Positions 63,668-64,000 of a DNA stretch of 64,000 bases are shown here, piece after piece; position 1 is the first letter of the stretch, and every line of letters starts with the position of its first letter. The stretch is from Octopus bimaculoides (lineage: Eukaryota): the NCBI RefSeq assembly GCF_001194135.2, contig NC_069008.1, forward strand, positions 8,275,407 through 8,339,406. Direction: 5' to 3'. A program made the translations under genes and the position numbers. The notes under the pieces were generated by a model. It did not search any database and had not been told where the DNA came from. It was given only the letters and a program-made list of their open reading frames with translations.

Positions 63668-64000
63668 TTGACGGAGAAATATGAATGCTAAAGAGCCCAA
63701 ACATTGTTTTAATGTCCCATGCAAATGGCACTGAGAATTTCTTTTTTTTTACTTGCCAACCATAAGATGCAAATGAATTTTGAGACCACAGTTCATAAAT
63801 TGCCAAGAAAATCCATGCTTTTGTGTCACCCTCAAAGCAACCTCAGCAAATATAACAGCACGCAACATATACATATAATTGTACATATATTTCTATATCT
63901 GTACATATCCACTTGACTGTGTCTATGTGTATATATGTATTTATATATCCTATATTATGTATGCATATGTATATAGATGTGTGTGTATATATATATATAT

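Overview
Eukaryotic, AT-rich, gap-ridden window dominated by microsatellites and transposable elements. The SINE/MITE families and microsatellite density look like an octopus (coleoid cephalopod) short-read assembly; the organism is an inference. One gene is clearly supported: PTER (phosphotriesterase-related) on the minus strand. It has a 28-nt first coding segment at 17443-17470 and a 166-nt exon at 2907-3072, separated by a 14.4-kb intron. A second minus-strand gene may occupy 30.8-64 kb, but only weak exon candidates were found. The rest is a layered TE record: R4/Dong, HERO-like, RTE, Neptune-type Penelope-like, Merlin/ISXO2, mariner, maT, hAT/piggyBac/mariner MITEs and several SINE families. 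The most interesting signals are: (i) three hammerhead-ribozyme motifs, one intact inside a foldback element, one sense-oriented in the PTER intron and one CpG-decayed; (ii) a young 1.73-kb non-autonomous LTR element with PBS, PPT and TSD; (iii) a gag/ORF1-only non-LTR-like element; (iv) a pre-miRNA-like hairpin; (v) a CpG-retaining domain (about 9.4-30.7 kb) around the PTER 5' end. All ORFs crossing N runs or microsatellites are artefacts. All analysis was done by eye, with no database searches.
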